From: Setoptus koraiensis | Lineage: Eukaryota; Animalia; Arthropoda | Assembly: GCA_048013815.1 (NCBI GenBank) | Contig: CM106585.1 | Coordinates: 14,880,001-14,944,000 of the forward strand | Length of the DNA stretch: 64,000 bases | Direction: 5' to 3' | Shown: positions 48,251 through 60,220 of the stretch, piece after piece | How positions within the stretch are numbered: the stretch's first letter is position 1 | Layout: every line of letters begins with the position of its first letter | Translations under genes and position numbers: made by a program | Notes under the pieces: model-generated | What the model saw: only the letters and a program-made list of their open reading frames with translations | What the model was told of the DNA's origin: nothing | Database searches by the model: none

Positions 48251-50931
48251 AGCAACAGCAGACCAGCAGCCAAAAGTTGTTGAATAGTTGCAGAGAGAAT
48301 TAATCAGACACGCTAATAAGATTAGATAGGAGCAGACAGACGTGGACGCAAGTTAGTGCGAAAATTAATGTCATGCCTTCCTTCCTATCGCTCGAATAAT
48401 CATGATACCGATCAAGGTGACCAGGTGACATGTTAATCACGGTCGACACTTGTGAGCGTCGCCTGCTTTCGCTTGGCCCGGCCAGTTTGATCGGCGTCTT
48501 GATGAGTTCATAATGACAGCGAAAGCCAGATTAAGAATAATTTCGCTGGCTGGCTGGCTGGCTCGAACATGGCCAGTGAGTTTGTTTTGTGAGTATATTA
48601 TATATTGTGCAAATAATATGATACTAATGGCGCCAATTGGCAAGGTTGTTCAACACATGGGACAACAACAGTTCATTGGAGCGCACAAATAGCAGCCCGG
48701 CTAGCAATGGGCGACCGAGCGACACCGTTTGATGTTTGTTATTATTTTGATTATTTTCATCATTCTGATCAAATGTTCGCAATCAAATGGCAGCAAAAAG
48801 AGAAGAGAAGAGAGTAAATTAGAATAAGGAAGGTAAATTTGAAATCTAGCTAATTCCAATATAACAGCTCATTCGCAAATTGTTGGCCGGCGCACCAATT
48901 TGTTATCATCAGGTTGGGTCGTGATTCGGGCGGCCCAGCCGCCAGGCTCATCAAACAATCGCTGGCAACATTTAATATTTAACGCGCTGATCGCCAACAT
49001 TAGATAAAATGTTGTGTCAGCTTACAGCTAAGCCGGCCGAGCTAGACCCATTGCAATCGCAATGCAACGAAGTGCGCTAACGAGACGGATAATTAATTAT
49101 TTGTGCGTGGCCATTGCGTCTGGCGTGTTGTTTTGGGTGCATCAGCGGCTCGCATCCACTAGCAACAGGTAGTTGATGGTGGTTGATTAATTGTTGCCAT
49201 GCCTGCCTGGCTGTTGTTTGGGCATGTGCAAACGAGATCAACCACTGGATACGTTTGCTGCGTCGCTGTTGTTGTTGATGCGGTTGTGGCTGTTGTTGCC
49301 GTTGTTGCTAGTGTGGTTGTCGTTGTTGTTGTTGCAGACAGGCAGCAACAACAACAAACCGGCAAACACAAATACAGACAATTCCAATCGCAATCGTAAC
49401 CGCACAGTTTCTTATCAGTTTCTCCCATCGCTCACTATTTGCTCTATCGGCAACAACAACAACAACATTATCATCATCGCAGCGATTTGTTGCCTGTTCA
49501 CCTGTTTACTCTGACCCATGGTCTCAGCCACATTGTATGCTAACGACACGTGGTGCTGGCTACTGTGATCCAGTGGTTGTGGCCCAAGGTGGAGACACAG
49601 AGCGAGAGGGCAGTGGAAGGAGAATTGCCGGTGAGATTAAATAGACTCACTTCATCAATCATCAATTTGCTGGCTGTGGTCAGTTTGTTGTGGCTCGATT
49701 CAGTCCAGTTCAGCGGTTGGCCGGTCATTTGGTTTGCTGTTGCTTGTTGCGTCGGGTGAGATTGGGAGGCACTTTTATCTCGTTCAACTTGCAGCAATGA
49801 TTAAATCTATCGCATGATGCAATGGATTTAATCGCATCGTCATCGTACGATCACAACACCGGCTATAGTCGTACCTTAGATTAGATATTGATATGGCCCT
49901 AGTTTATGGTCATTATTGCATTAGAAATAGTTAGTTGGTACAATGGCCGCGGCGGCGGTCACCTGGGTGACGTCCTGCGGTGCCGGCATCAACTAGCGAC
50001 CAGCAAAGATAAAGAAAATTAGCCACATAACGTAACAACACGTCTACGAATGTGTGTGTTGTTGTTGTCCGCTGTTATTTATGATAAAATTATTGCCCCT
50101 TGCTCATGATTAATATAATATCTTTCTTCATCTTTCATGCGCGCATCTTTCCATCGCTCGCCTATATCTGCTGGCCCTGATCATTTTGAGCATCTCAGCA
50201 GCAATTTGAGCAACACCATGCGATATTACATAACCAATGGAGATGGTTTAGATGGCAGCAACAAATAATAAGTTTGTGTGTGTACCAGAATTAAAGTCAT
50301 GATCTCACTTGTTAGTGCCAAGTAGGAGATATCAATCGGCTAACAATGGCCAACACCGATGGCCGAGTTGACAGGCCACTGACAGGTGGCGCCCCCTCCT
50401 CCTCACATGGGCGCCCACCTCTGTTGCCCGGTGACTTGTTAGGCAGACACACATGATCGTGGCACCCTGACCGACGGCCGCCGGTCAGTTGGTCAGTTGG
50501 TAACACTAACAGTACGGTAGTGTGGCCGAACACTACTACACTGTTAGTGAGCTTAAGTGTGTGTGTGTCCGAGGATGCTGTTATGTAATATTGTTTGTGT
50601 GTATCGACAGTGTTAACAGTGGTTATTGTTGTTGAGACAAGCGTCAAAATGTTGGAAATTTAATGCGATTTGAGTGATGTACATGATGTAAGGGATAAAG
50701 GAAAACAATAATGTGTGTCGGTTGTGGCCGTCGCTGACAGTAGTTGATGTTGAGCTGACTCATGATGCTGAGACCCAAGAGCATCTTTTGATGCTGATGA
50801 GCTGCTTTTTGCTCGCTTGCTTGCTTGACCACTCGACCAAAACTTGTTACGCTCGTCATGTTGGCCAATTGTTTGCGACGCTTCACTCTGCCAACTGCAC
50901 ACCCGAACCCGGCGTCTGCCTCCATCCGAAT

Positions 50932-51036
50932 TCGCGATATTCGCAGCGATATTCTCAGCGATATTCTCAGCGATATTCTCAGCGATATTCTCAGCAGTAT
51001 TCTCGGCAATATTCGCAACAATATTCACACTAATAT
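50932..51036. repeat. 12-bp minisatellite (gcgatattctca)n, about 8 units
   Basis: Direct reading; the units degenerate toward the 3' end. Confidence 0.9.
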
Positions 51037-54000
51037 TCAAATGTCCGAATTGCATTACGAGAGCGCTCGGCTGGCGCGGCCGACACTTGGGTGCCCGGCT
51101 GATGAATAACATATTGCATGAATAACATAGAGCTGTAAGTGTGGCTGGCTTTGGCAAATATCAAGGAGTGCTATTGTTATCATGCGTATCTGGCTGTTAT
51201 ATGATATCACCGAGCGAGCAGCAAACCACATGATGTCAGTCAGTTGCAATGGTAATGATCATTACGTGATCACATATTAAATAATCATCAAGTTGTTGCT
51301 TGTTTCAAGTTGAGATAGACCAAAGAGATAGTTTAAGGCACCAAATCAGCTGCTGGCCCATAATAATCGATGTTAGCTGAATAATTGCTTGTTGTGGCGG
51401 CGTGAAATTGTTATTGTTGTTGTTGTTGTTGTTGCCCACTACTAACACCACTAATAGCATGCCATATACAACGCGCACAGGTAGTGGCGGATAATTGAGT
51501 GGATGCTTTTCGAGCAGACTTTTGGCATTTCATCCAGCGCCAACAAGCACGACGACAACACACACCGACAAATGGCCAGCATATCGGGCCGGGCCACCAT
51601 ATGTCTAATATATTCAACTGTTGGCCTAATCAGCATCATTGTTATCATCTCATAGTGGGTTTCGGTTGAGCTTGCAATGGGTTCTGACAAAAGTGTCGGC
51701 TGCCGCCGATGACGAGACACTCTCGCCGGCCATCGAGATGCCGCATCACTCGCTCACGCCGACCAGCTTGGCTGTAAATCGAGCCGGCCGACGCGTGAGT
51801 CTGACCGAGCTCAACCAGTTACAGCGCTCGGCCCGACAACTAACCGGCCGGCTCGCCGGTACGGCCAGTTAGCCAGCCAGCCAGCCAGCCAATCAATCTA
51901 TCAATCAATCAATGAGCCAATCAATCAGAATTCAATCATTTCTCTCTCGTTCCTCATTTGCCTTCCTCTCGACCGCCTGTGTTCTTCCTGTTTGTTGAAC
52001 TGCCCCAACCAATGTTGGCTCTGTCAAAGGTCTGTCCGAACAACGGGCCAAACAACGGCTAGTCAAACAATGACTGGTCACTGTTCGGACAAATTATCCA
52101 AGGCGATAAGGTCGACCTATGTGTATCATTACAATTAGTTGGCTGGTGGAACGACCACTGTTGTTAACGCTGTTGGTTTTCCCGATCCAGCCACTCAAGT
52201 GATGAAGGCCAATCAACACTTTTGTTGCCATTGCACACCAATTATCTATAATATAATTTGCTGTTGTTGTTGTTGTTGCTGATTGTTTGATGGTGTCTGA
52301 GCAAACTAGATCGAATATCCACATGTAATGATTGGCACCGTGATGATGATTACTGTTCACCGTTGATCAGGCAATAAAACGATTATTGCTTTCCCTATTT
52401 GCATAATGGCATCGCTTTTTAAACTTCTCACCACTCACAAGCCTCTCTGTTATTTATCGTGTGACCAATGTTGAATGTCAATGCCGGTCAGTGTGCGTGG
52501 AGCCAGTGCAAAATGAGGCCCCGCATTTTAAACAGGACTGACATTTACGATGCCAGGTCTATGCCAGGGGATGCACGAGAGATTGGGCAGAAAATATTTG
52601 TTCGCGTGAAAACATCTCGCTCAAAAATTCAGAGGCCGCTGCACTTGCCAATTTAGATAAATTTCGATGCCACTAATTGCAGTCTCTAATTGCAGTCGCG
52701 CTAACCGGTTGATATCACTCGTTGGCATTACTGTGAAATTAATTGAATTCTGGCAACATTTTCAGATCGTGTCTCCTCTAACTTTCTTGGCTAGTTATCT
52801 AACTGACCTTTGTCTTTTGCGGCCGCAGACCAGCCGCTTGAATGTTGCATAACATTTGCGCGCCATAGGCTCCAGATGGCGCCACTCGCGCTGAGATTAT
52901 TTTCACACTAACTACAGGTATGGCTACATCTCACATCTCGCAACTCACCTGTCCTGGCCCGCTGAACTTTGCCGACAAAATCAATTGTCCAAAGTTTGAG
53001 TAAACCTTCAGACAGTTTTAGAATGTTGGATGGTTTTTCTAAACTTTTCAAAAGCGCACTCGTCAAACGGTAAACTGTGAATGAAGCAAGGCAAGTCGAA
53101 TACAGTTATACACAAAGGGTTTGTGTAAAACATTCAACAACAATATAAATAACTTATTGTTATCCGTTGTTACGTAATGTTGGTGCGAGCGAGCGAGCGA
53201 TTTGGCATGAATTATTTATAGACTGTTAGCCCGTTATTGAACTGGGTGCTGCTTCTGGTCATTTGGTAATGTTGTGATCGGCAACATATTTGCATACGAG
53301 CATATCAATTACTCGCCCCAGCCGGAGAGATGCAAAATGTTCAGCTCAACCAGCACCGGTATTGCCGGTGTAAATGGGTGCATGATAATGCAACAAATAG
53401 AGACATCATGCACTGAAAATTATACACACTGTATACGGTGATTGCGTGAAACAGATCGGCATTTAATTTAAATGGGAAGCGAGCATGAAGAAGCGAATCC
53501 GTTCAGCGAGTTGGGTCCTTGGAACACGTAAACAATCAATACAATCTGACAAAAAACAAAATTATAAAATGTAACAACACACACACGTATGGATTGCGTT
53601 ATATCATTATCGCCTTATGGTTATAATAGTTATTATTGTTGGACAACAATCAATTGCGTGTGACCTTGGCTGATCGGCGCCTTGATTAGATATTAATATT
53701 GTATTAAACCTGCCTCGTGTTTGTGTGCGCCTAGTGAGAGCGACTGATCAAAGTATCAACTGTTAAAACTGTTAGCCTCACAACAAAACGGGATTCCATT
53801 CAAATTAACACCAACGATTTGCCATCTGGCAACGAGATGGCAACCTGTTGCTTCTGGCCAATGTGTGCCAATCCATTGATACGACGGCTTCTGGTTGGCG
53901 GTTAATCACAACAAATCAATTTTGTGTCTATCTGTCTGTCTTGTTGGATAAGATCGATTTCGTTTAGGCGCTCGCACAAACAAAATAAAACCGTTATACT

Positions 54001-54220
54001 GCAACTGTTGAAATAGAAATGAGACACGTCAGTCATTCAGTTAGTTAGCTGACCAGTGTTTCAAGGCTGCCCGAACTTTCGCACAATCGAGCCCGCGTTG
54101 GTCTGCAAGCGCGATAAATAACAACAATAACATTTGTTGTTGTTACTCTGTGTTTGTGGGGTCCACTGATGGTGGCGGCCGTTGAATCGGACGGGATCAA
54201 CCACCGGCAACAACAGCCAC

Positions 54221-54254
<34 letters not shown>

Positions 54255-56614
54255 ACAACAACAACAATTCGAACAGGTGAAACACGAGAGACAATGGAGC
54301 TCACAATTTGTATTATCGAGCGATCGATCAATTCGTTTGCTCATGCACGGCACTTTATATTCTCTCTACTTGTCTGTTCTTTATTCTCTCCCATTGTTAT
54401 CCGTCCACTTCGGTTAGCTATTTGATTAACCATTCCACGAGACCCACAAACTTATTGAGACATTTCTAACAACTTGCCATATTCATTTTGGCTGCCATTT
54501 CTGCTCACTCTTGCAGCAACAGTCTTGCCACTCAAATCTCACCTGTGTTTGTGTGGCTTCAGCGAAAGGGGGCGCCATCGTCGTCGTTGATTCACACAGC
54601 TATCGATTGATGATGACCAATATTGGCTAATTGATGACCTAATCTCTGTTATTATTTAAATTAGAGCGACAACAGCCAGCGAGACAGAGAGGTCATAAAA
54701 CAATAAGCGACCGCTCCCTTGTTTTTAGTATAATGGTGGGCCGTTTATATTGCGATTGTATTGTGCAAATACAATCGCATTTGCAATAATAATAATAATA
54801 ATAATAATAGCAGTAATTTAAATAATAATTGTGCCACCATCATTATTGCTATTATTTAGATGTATCATGAATGCATGTGTGATATGTGGCCCAATAGAGC
54901 TTTATTTGAACAGATGATTAATTTAGATGAGAGGCGACGCGCGTGGGCGAACAATCGATGGGCGACAACAAGTGGCTCTCAAATGGCAAGCTGCTAGTTA
55001 GTATGCAAACAAGCCAAAAGTTGACTAAATTGAATAAATTGAATATATTGGCTAAATTGCTGCAATTGAGCGAGCAAAGAAGAATCAATTGAATCAATTA
55101 ATTAGCAATAAGCAATTAGCAATTAGTAGAGCAGCGGCTTATTATTGGCGTTCAAGTGACCTGACTGTGTGTGTGTGTTTTGGAAAAGCGACGACAAGCT
55201 TTTTAAAACAAGTGTATAATGATTTTGGGCTAGGCTGGCAGTTTCAATTGTTTGTTGCTGTTGTTGGCCTTCTCTGCAACTCGTTCGCTGGCTAGCTTAT
55301 CGCTAACGAGTCTCTGGCCGGCAACTGATCTATTTTAATACACACAGTCGATTTTAAACACCCGAATCAATTTGTAACTGTGTGTGTGTGCCAGTTACAC
55401 TGAAACACTATCTCAAAAGTGATAAACTAGCCGCTGCAAAGCAACCCCAGCCAAAGATTTAAAGCTATTACCGATGCAATTGTTGCCAGACTAAAAATCG
55501 AAAGACAAACAGAGGCTCGTCGCATAGGTAGGCTGTAGTTGTGTGCGAAGAAAACTAGATCAAACTAACTCACTCAATTGCAATGTGGCAAGCCCATAAA
55601 CTCTCGGCTATTACAAGTCACTGAGAGAGAGCGAGAGTTGAAAGCATTCCGTTCTTATTATTTGAATAAGTTAAGATAAACGGGTTGGATAAATGAAATT
55701 ACATCATCATCGACATCATCATCACCATCATCACCATCATCACCATCATCATCGTCATCATGGTCATCAGGGTCGTCGTGGTTGTTGTTAGTGGCAGCTT
55801 TAGTTGCGATTCTGTTCGAGCCGCGTCCATGATAGAGACACTTCTGTCGCTCGTTGCTAGTTGCAACAGAAGTTACTTAAAATGTAAAATGCTCACTAAA
55901 ATTAAAAATGAAACTCACTCAGGTAAGTTGTTGGCTGAGCTACGACTTGCAAGTGTTTTTGAAAATTCAGTGCAGTCTTTTGTTGGCCTCTTTGTTTGTT
56001 TGTGCCCAATAATCATACTACTGCGGCTACTACTCGCAGGCTCGACATGCAATCGACGTTATGCCGTTTTATGCCCGTTCCATCAATGTAAATCTAAGTT
56101 ATTTGATTCTTTTATTTCTGATTTCTATTGCTGCTTCTATTTTATTTTTCTTGATTTTAATATCTGCTGCTGCCGTTGCCGTTGCCGGGTACATGTGTGC
56201 TGTTGCCAGTTGTTTTTGTTGATGCTGCTCTATCCGGGGCCAACACCGACCGACAGCCAATGCAAACAGGGGCAAATTCAATTTCGACAATTTCGGCTCT
56301 CATCAGCTTGTGAGTTTGGCATCATTATTGCCGAGTAAAAGACGGTAGCAAATGTATCAAGATGGGCTAGTGCAGAATAGTGGTAATAATAATAATAATT
56401 GTGATTGTAATGAGTTGCATAACTTTCTCTCGTGGTCGTTTGTTACTTTGTTATCGTGATGATAATCATGATCTTGGTCATGGTAGCAATGATTGTCTGC
56501 GTGCTCCATATCCATTTACATGCTACACACTATTTGGCCCACTCTCTGGCACGCTCTCAATTTGCATGCCAGGCCTCCCTCCATGTCGTCCATCCGCCCC
56601 CTCTCAACAACTGC

Positions 56615-56685
56615 CCAACAACCGCTCAACCACCGCTCAACCACCGCTCAACCACCGCTCAACAACTGCTCAACAACTGCTCAAC
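56615..56685. repeat. 11-bp minisatellite (ccaccgctcaa/caactgctcaa), about 6 units
   Basis: Direct reading. Confidence 0.85.
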
Positions 56686-59112
56686 TGGCGCGACTCGACT
56701 TCCGTTAGACTGTCTATTATTCCATTTGGCAATTCGCATCAAGAGATAAATCGAATGTGAATGGAGACGGGCACAGATTTGCATCACACACTCGCTCACA
56801 AGTCAGTGCGAGGCAAATCGGCCCATTTGACTCGGTGTGTTTTGATTCGGATTAGAGTGCGATTAGAGCGCCATTCAATTTGATAGCTCGGATATTGGAG
56901 TGCAACTCGCGAATCGCGATCGATAGCCAGCGCAGCGCAGCGACGGCTTACTTAAACTTGCATTTTGACATATAATTCATATGAGTCACTGCCTATTCTA
57001 AGGCCAATCATATGTAGATCAAGTTTACGACCGTTTTGCTGTGTCTGTGTTGCCTTATGTTGTCATCATTATCATCTGACAGCGTCTGGCAAGCTAGTCC
57101 ACCTACATTCGATTTAGGCATAAATTTGTTGTTTGTTTACTGCGTGTGCGAAGCGTACAATTGGATAGACATACATACGTATATACACGTACGTATTGGG
57201 CTATGTATTGTATGCAATTTATAAGGTGGTAGCAGCATAATAATTGAACTAGGAAAAGAGTGTTTGTTGTTTGTTACTTGTTATTACTCGTCGAGTGCCA
57301 ACTACTACCTGCGCTACCTGTTGTCCGGTGCACTGTTGTCTAACAAACAATTAATAGCAATCAAATGTAAATCTCATGATTAATTTCACTGGTTGCATAA
57401 CAACATGGCGTGCAAAGGTGACTCGCTGGCAGCAACAGCAACAACAGCAACAGCCCAACAATCACTGTCTTCTCGCAAAACAGTTAAGGTTGCTGATATC
57501 GTTGCCGTGTCTAGATCATCATCCAGATATGACAAATGTGAACCGTTGTTGGCGTTGTTCCTAGACAATCGATCAATACCAAGCATGGCGCCGATGAAAA
57601 CTTGTATCATACATAAAAGTTACACAATAATTTATATTTGAATCGGCTGCCGGCCGCCAGGTGACGCCCAAAGGCCGCGAATACTGTGCTGCTGCTGCTG
57701 TTGTTGTTGCAATTTTATCTTCATTTGCATGACTGCACATGCATATCTCCTCATCTATTTCTTATCTGACCAGCGTTAGTTTGCTCACTGCCAGCATAAT
57801 CGTCGGAAATTGAACTGGCGATGCGAATGGGGGCCACTTTATGTGATCAACAATAAGTACGCTTCAAGTGTCTAGGTGTCAGGTCGATAGCGGAAGGTTG
57901 CAATATCCGTTTGTCAACAATGACAACCAATCTGTGTGTGTGTGTGTGTGTGCCATTGAAAACACGACGCCAATCAAAGATGCACGAGCTTATATCTTGT
58001 CAGGTTAAGTGTCTATCACTAGTTACAGCTCGACAGCGATACATTTGGGCTGTCAAATTTAAGCAGTGAATTTATTGAGTATTCACTTATGATTGCATAT
58101 CATCACAAGAGCCACTTGTGATGATATTGAATAACAATATCTGAATAACTGAATAGTTGACCAACTAATTTGAGCATTACGTAATCAACACTGGCGCGCT
58201 GCTGCTGTTGTTGGCACAAAAACTCACTTTGTTTTTGCACTAACGTGAGCACACTTGAGGTCACACTTGCGGCAGCTTCATTTTGGTCGTCGCAAATAAT
58301 ACCCAATTCCGGGTATTATTTGATATCAGGGTGCGGGACCCACTCGATAGCTACAGGGTGTGCAATGCAAACAAAAGATTATCACATTAGACGCAAGCAG
58401 CCAGTAGTGGTCAAGTGAGCTCAAATGACAATACCGGGCTCGAGTGGTACCCGCAGTTAACCACTTTGTTCACGACACTTTGAAAGCGTGCATTGTCGTG
58501 CTACGCTCATTTGAATATCATCTCAATCTGGTCTGATCTATCAAATTGCATAGATTTGTGATGCAATAATTGTGATGAACAATGACAATGTTGTCTTTTG
58601 AACCAAGTCGTCGAGCTGGTCGACAGTGCCTCGTCAGCACAATACAGCTTTCGCTAGATTTCCATCTCAAGAGATACTGGAACGAGTTGGTAAACAGTCA
58701 AGGAAAAACTCATTCCGGGACATGGTAATTGAGCCGCGTGCAGCCAATGTGTAGCCAAGTCAACCGGCAAGAAGTGAGGCTTCCCGGGGACCCGCTCTTT
58801 GAAATAGGCTGCAAATCGACGAATTTATACCAAACATGCTTTAGTGGCACAGGTACTTTTTCTCGACGTCCAGTATATCGACGTTTGAAATCCCGACAGT
58901 GCACGATCTCGACAGCACAAAATCTCGACAAATCCTCATTCTGAGTCTCACATGCTATTAGAGATGGCAATGGTTAACCGGTCCGGTTATTCGAACCGAA
59001 TATTCTTTCGAACTGAAGACCGAAACCGAACCGAAACCGTATGCAAAGTTAGATTCATATCCGGAACCGAAAGAATACGCCGGTTATTGGCTAACTTCCA
59101 CGGTTTCGGTTA

Positions 59113-60220
59113 CCTAATAGAGAGTCGTTTTTCAGTGAACAAAATGATGGAATTATTTATTCAGAAGAGAGTTATGATTCGAAAAGTTTTAAAAGAAGAA
59201 AAAATGGTATTATCCAATCAACGACTAACCAACCTGAGAAAAGAGATCGCCGGAACACCTGTATTAGTCAATAAAAATTATATCAGAGGCCCTAAGCCAA
59301 AGCTCGCGCCCAGGCAGCAGAGTGCACTTAAGCAAAGATTGCTCAATGAGGATCCGGAGACCATCACCAAGTTGGCAAAGGATTTTAATATAAGCAGGAA
59401 GCTTGTGCGAAAGTATCGCGATAAAAAGTTTGGTTTGAAAAAAAAAATGAAGAAGCGAGTTCACGCTCTCACCGAGCGCGCCAAGCTACAGCGCTTTAGG
59501 CGCTCTTGGCCCCTTTATTTGGCCCTCAGATGTGACCGTTGGATGCATTGGATCACAAGTGATGAAAAAAAGTTTGTGTTAGCAAATTGCAACAGTAAAA
59601 CAAATTTTTATTACTGTGATCCGAAAAATCCAACGGGTCAAGTTGCACTCACAAGAGCGCCTCAAGGTGAAAAAGGGGTCATGGTATGGGTTGCGGTTTC
59701 TGCAAATGGTAAGTCAAAATTGCACTTTGTCGACTCGAAAGTCAAAATTGACTCTCAGTATTATATTGACAAAATACTGAAGCCATTTTGCAGTAAGGAG
59801 TTGCCCACCATGTACCCCAACAGTGACTATATTTTTCACCAGGACTCGGCCCCAGCTCACAGAGCGAAAGCCACCCTGAAATGGTTGGATGAAAAAAAAA
59901 TTAATTATTTGCATCCATCAAAATGGTTGGCCAATAGTCCGGACGCAAGTCCATTGGACTACGGCATCTGGTCCGCTCTTTTTAAAAGAGTAAGGGCCAG
60001 AAACCCGAAGACCATACAAGGCCTTAAAAAGTGCCTCACTGAGGAGTGGGGCAAGTTCCCCCAAAAAATTATAAATAATTGCTTGAGAGCATGGCCCAAG
60101 CGTATGCGGCACATCTATTACAATAAAGGTTCAAACATTGAACAAAATTTATAGTTAAAATACAGCCGAAATGGAGATACAACAATTCTAATATGTACTT
60201 ACTTCTCTGTCCCACATAGG
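59113..60220 (+). mobile_element. maT (DD37D) mariner-like element nested in the hAT element; left TIR not found
   Basis: The hAT ORF breaks at a TA (60221-60222), followed on the minus strand by CCTATGTGGGACAGAG. Only 'TA-CCTA' matches at the left end. Confidence 0.8.
59144..60154 (+). CDS. DD37D (maT) transposase, 336-aa open ORF
   Basis: TSDEKKF, GVMVWVAVS, FHQDSAPAH-..-SPDASPLDY with 37 residues between the last two Asp residues; no stops or frameshifts. Confidence 0.92.
   Translation: MMELFIQKRVMIRKVLKEEKMVLSNQRLTNLRKEIAGTPVLVNKNYIRGPKPKLAPRQQSALKQRLLNEDPETITKLAKDFNISRKLVRKYRDKKFGLKKKMKKRVHALTERAKLQRFRRSWPLYLALRCDRWMHWITSDEKKFVLANCNSKTNFYYCDPKNPTGQVALTRAPQGEKGVMVWVAVSANGKSKLHFVDSKVKIDSQYYIDKILKPFCSKELPTMYPNSDYIFHQDSAPAHRAKATLKWLDEKKINYLHPSKWLANSPDASPLDYGIWSALFKRVRARNPKTIQGLKKCLTEEWGKFPQKIINNCLRAWPKRMRHIYYNKGSNIEQNL

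Noticed and set aside
50660-51872. ORFs with AENI repeats, MSRHRRQPTLL.. and ..RRVSLTELNQLQR..
   Set aside because: Overlapping frames on both strands, minisatellite-driven, no family motif and no linked exons.
54100-54280. Signal-peptide-like stretch followed by poly-Q and a GT donor
   Set aside because: An in-frame TAA lies directly upstream and no ATG precedes the hydrophobic stretch.
58952-59143. First 64 codons of the 400-aa transposase ORF
   Set aside because: They translate hAT subterminal repeats; the transposase most plausibly starts at 59144.
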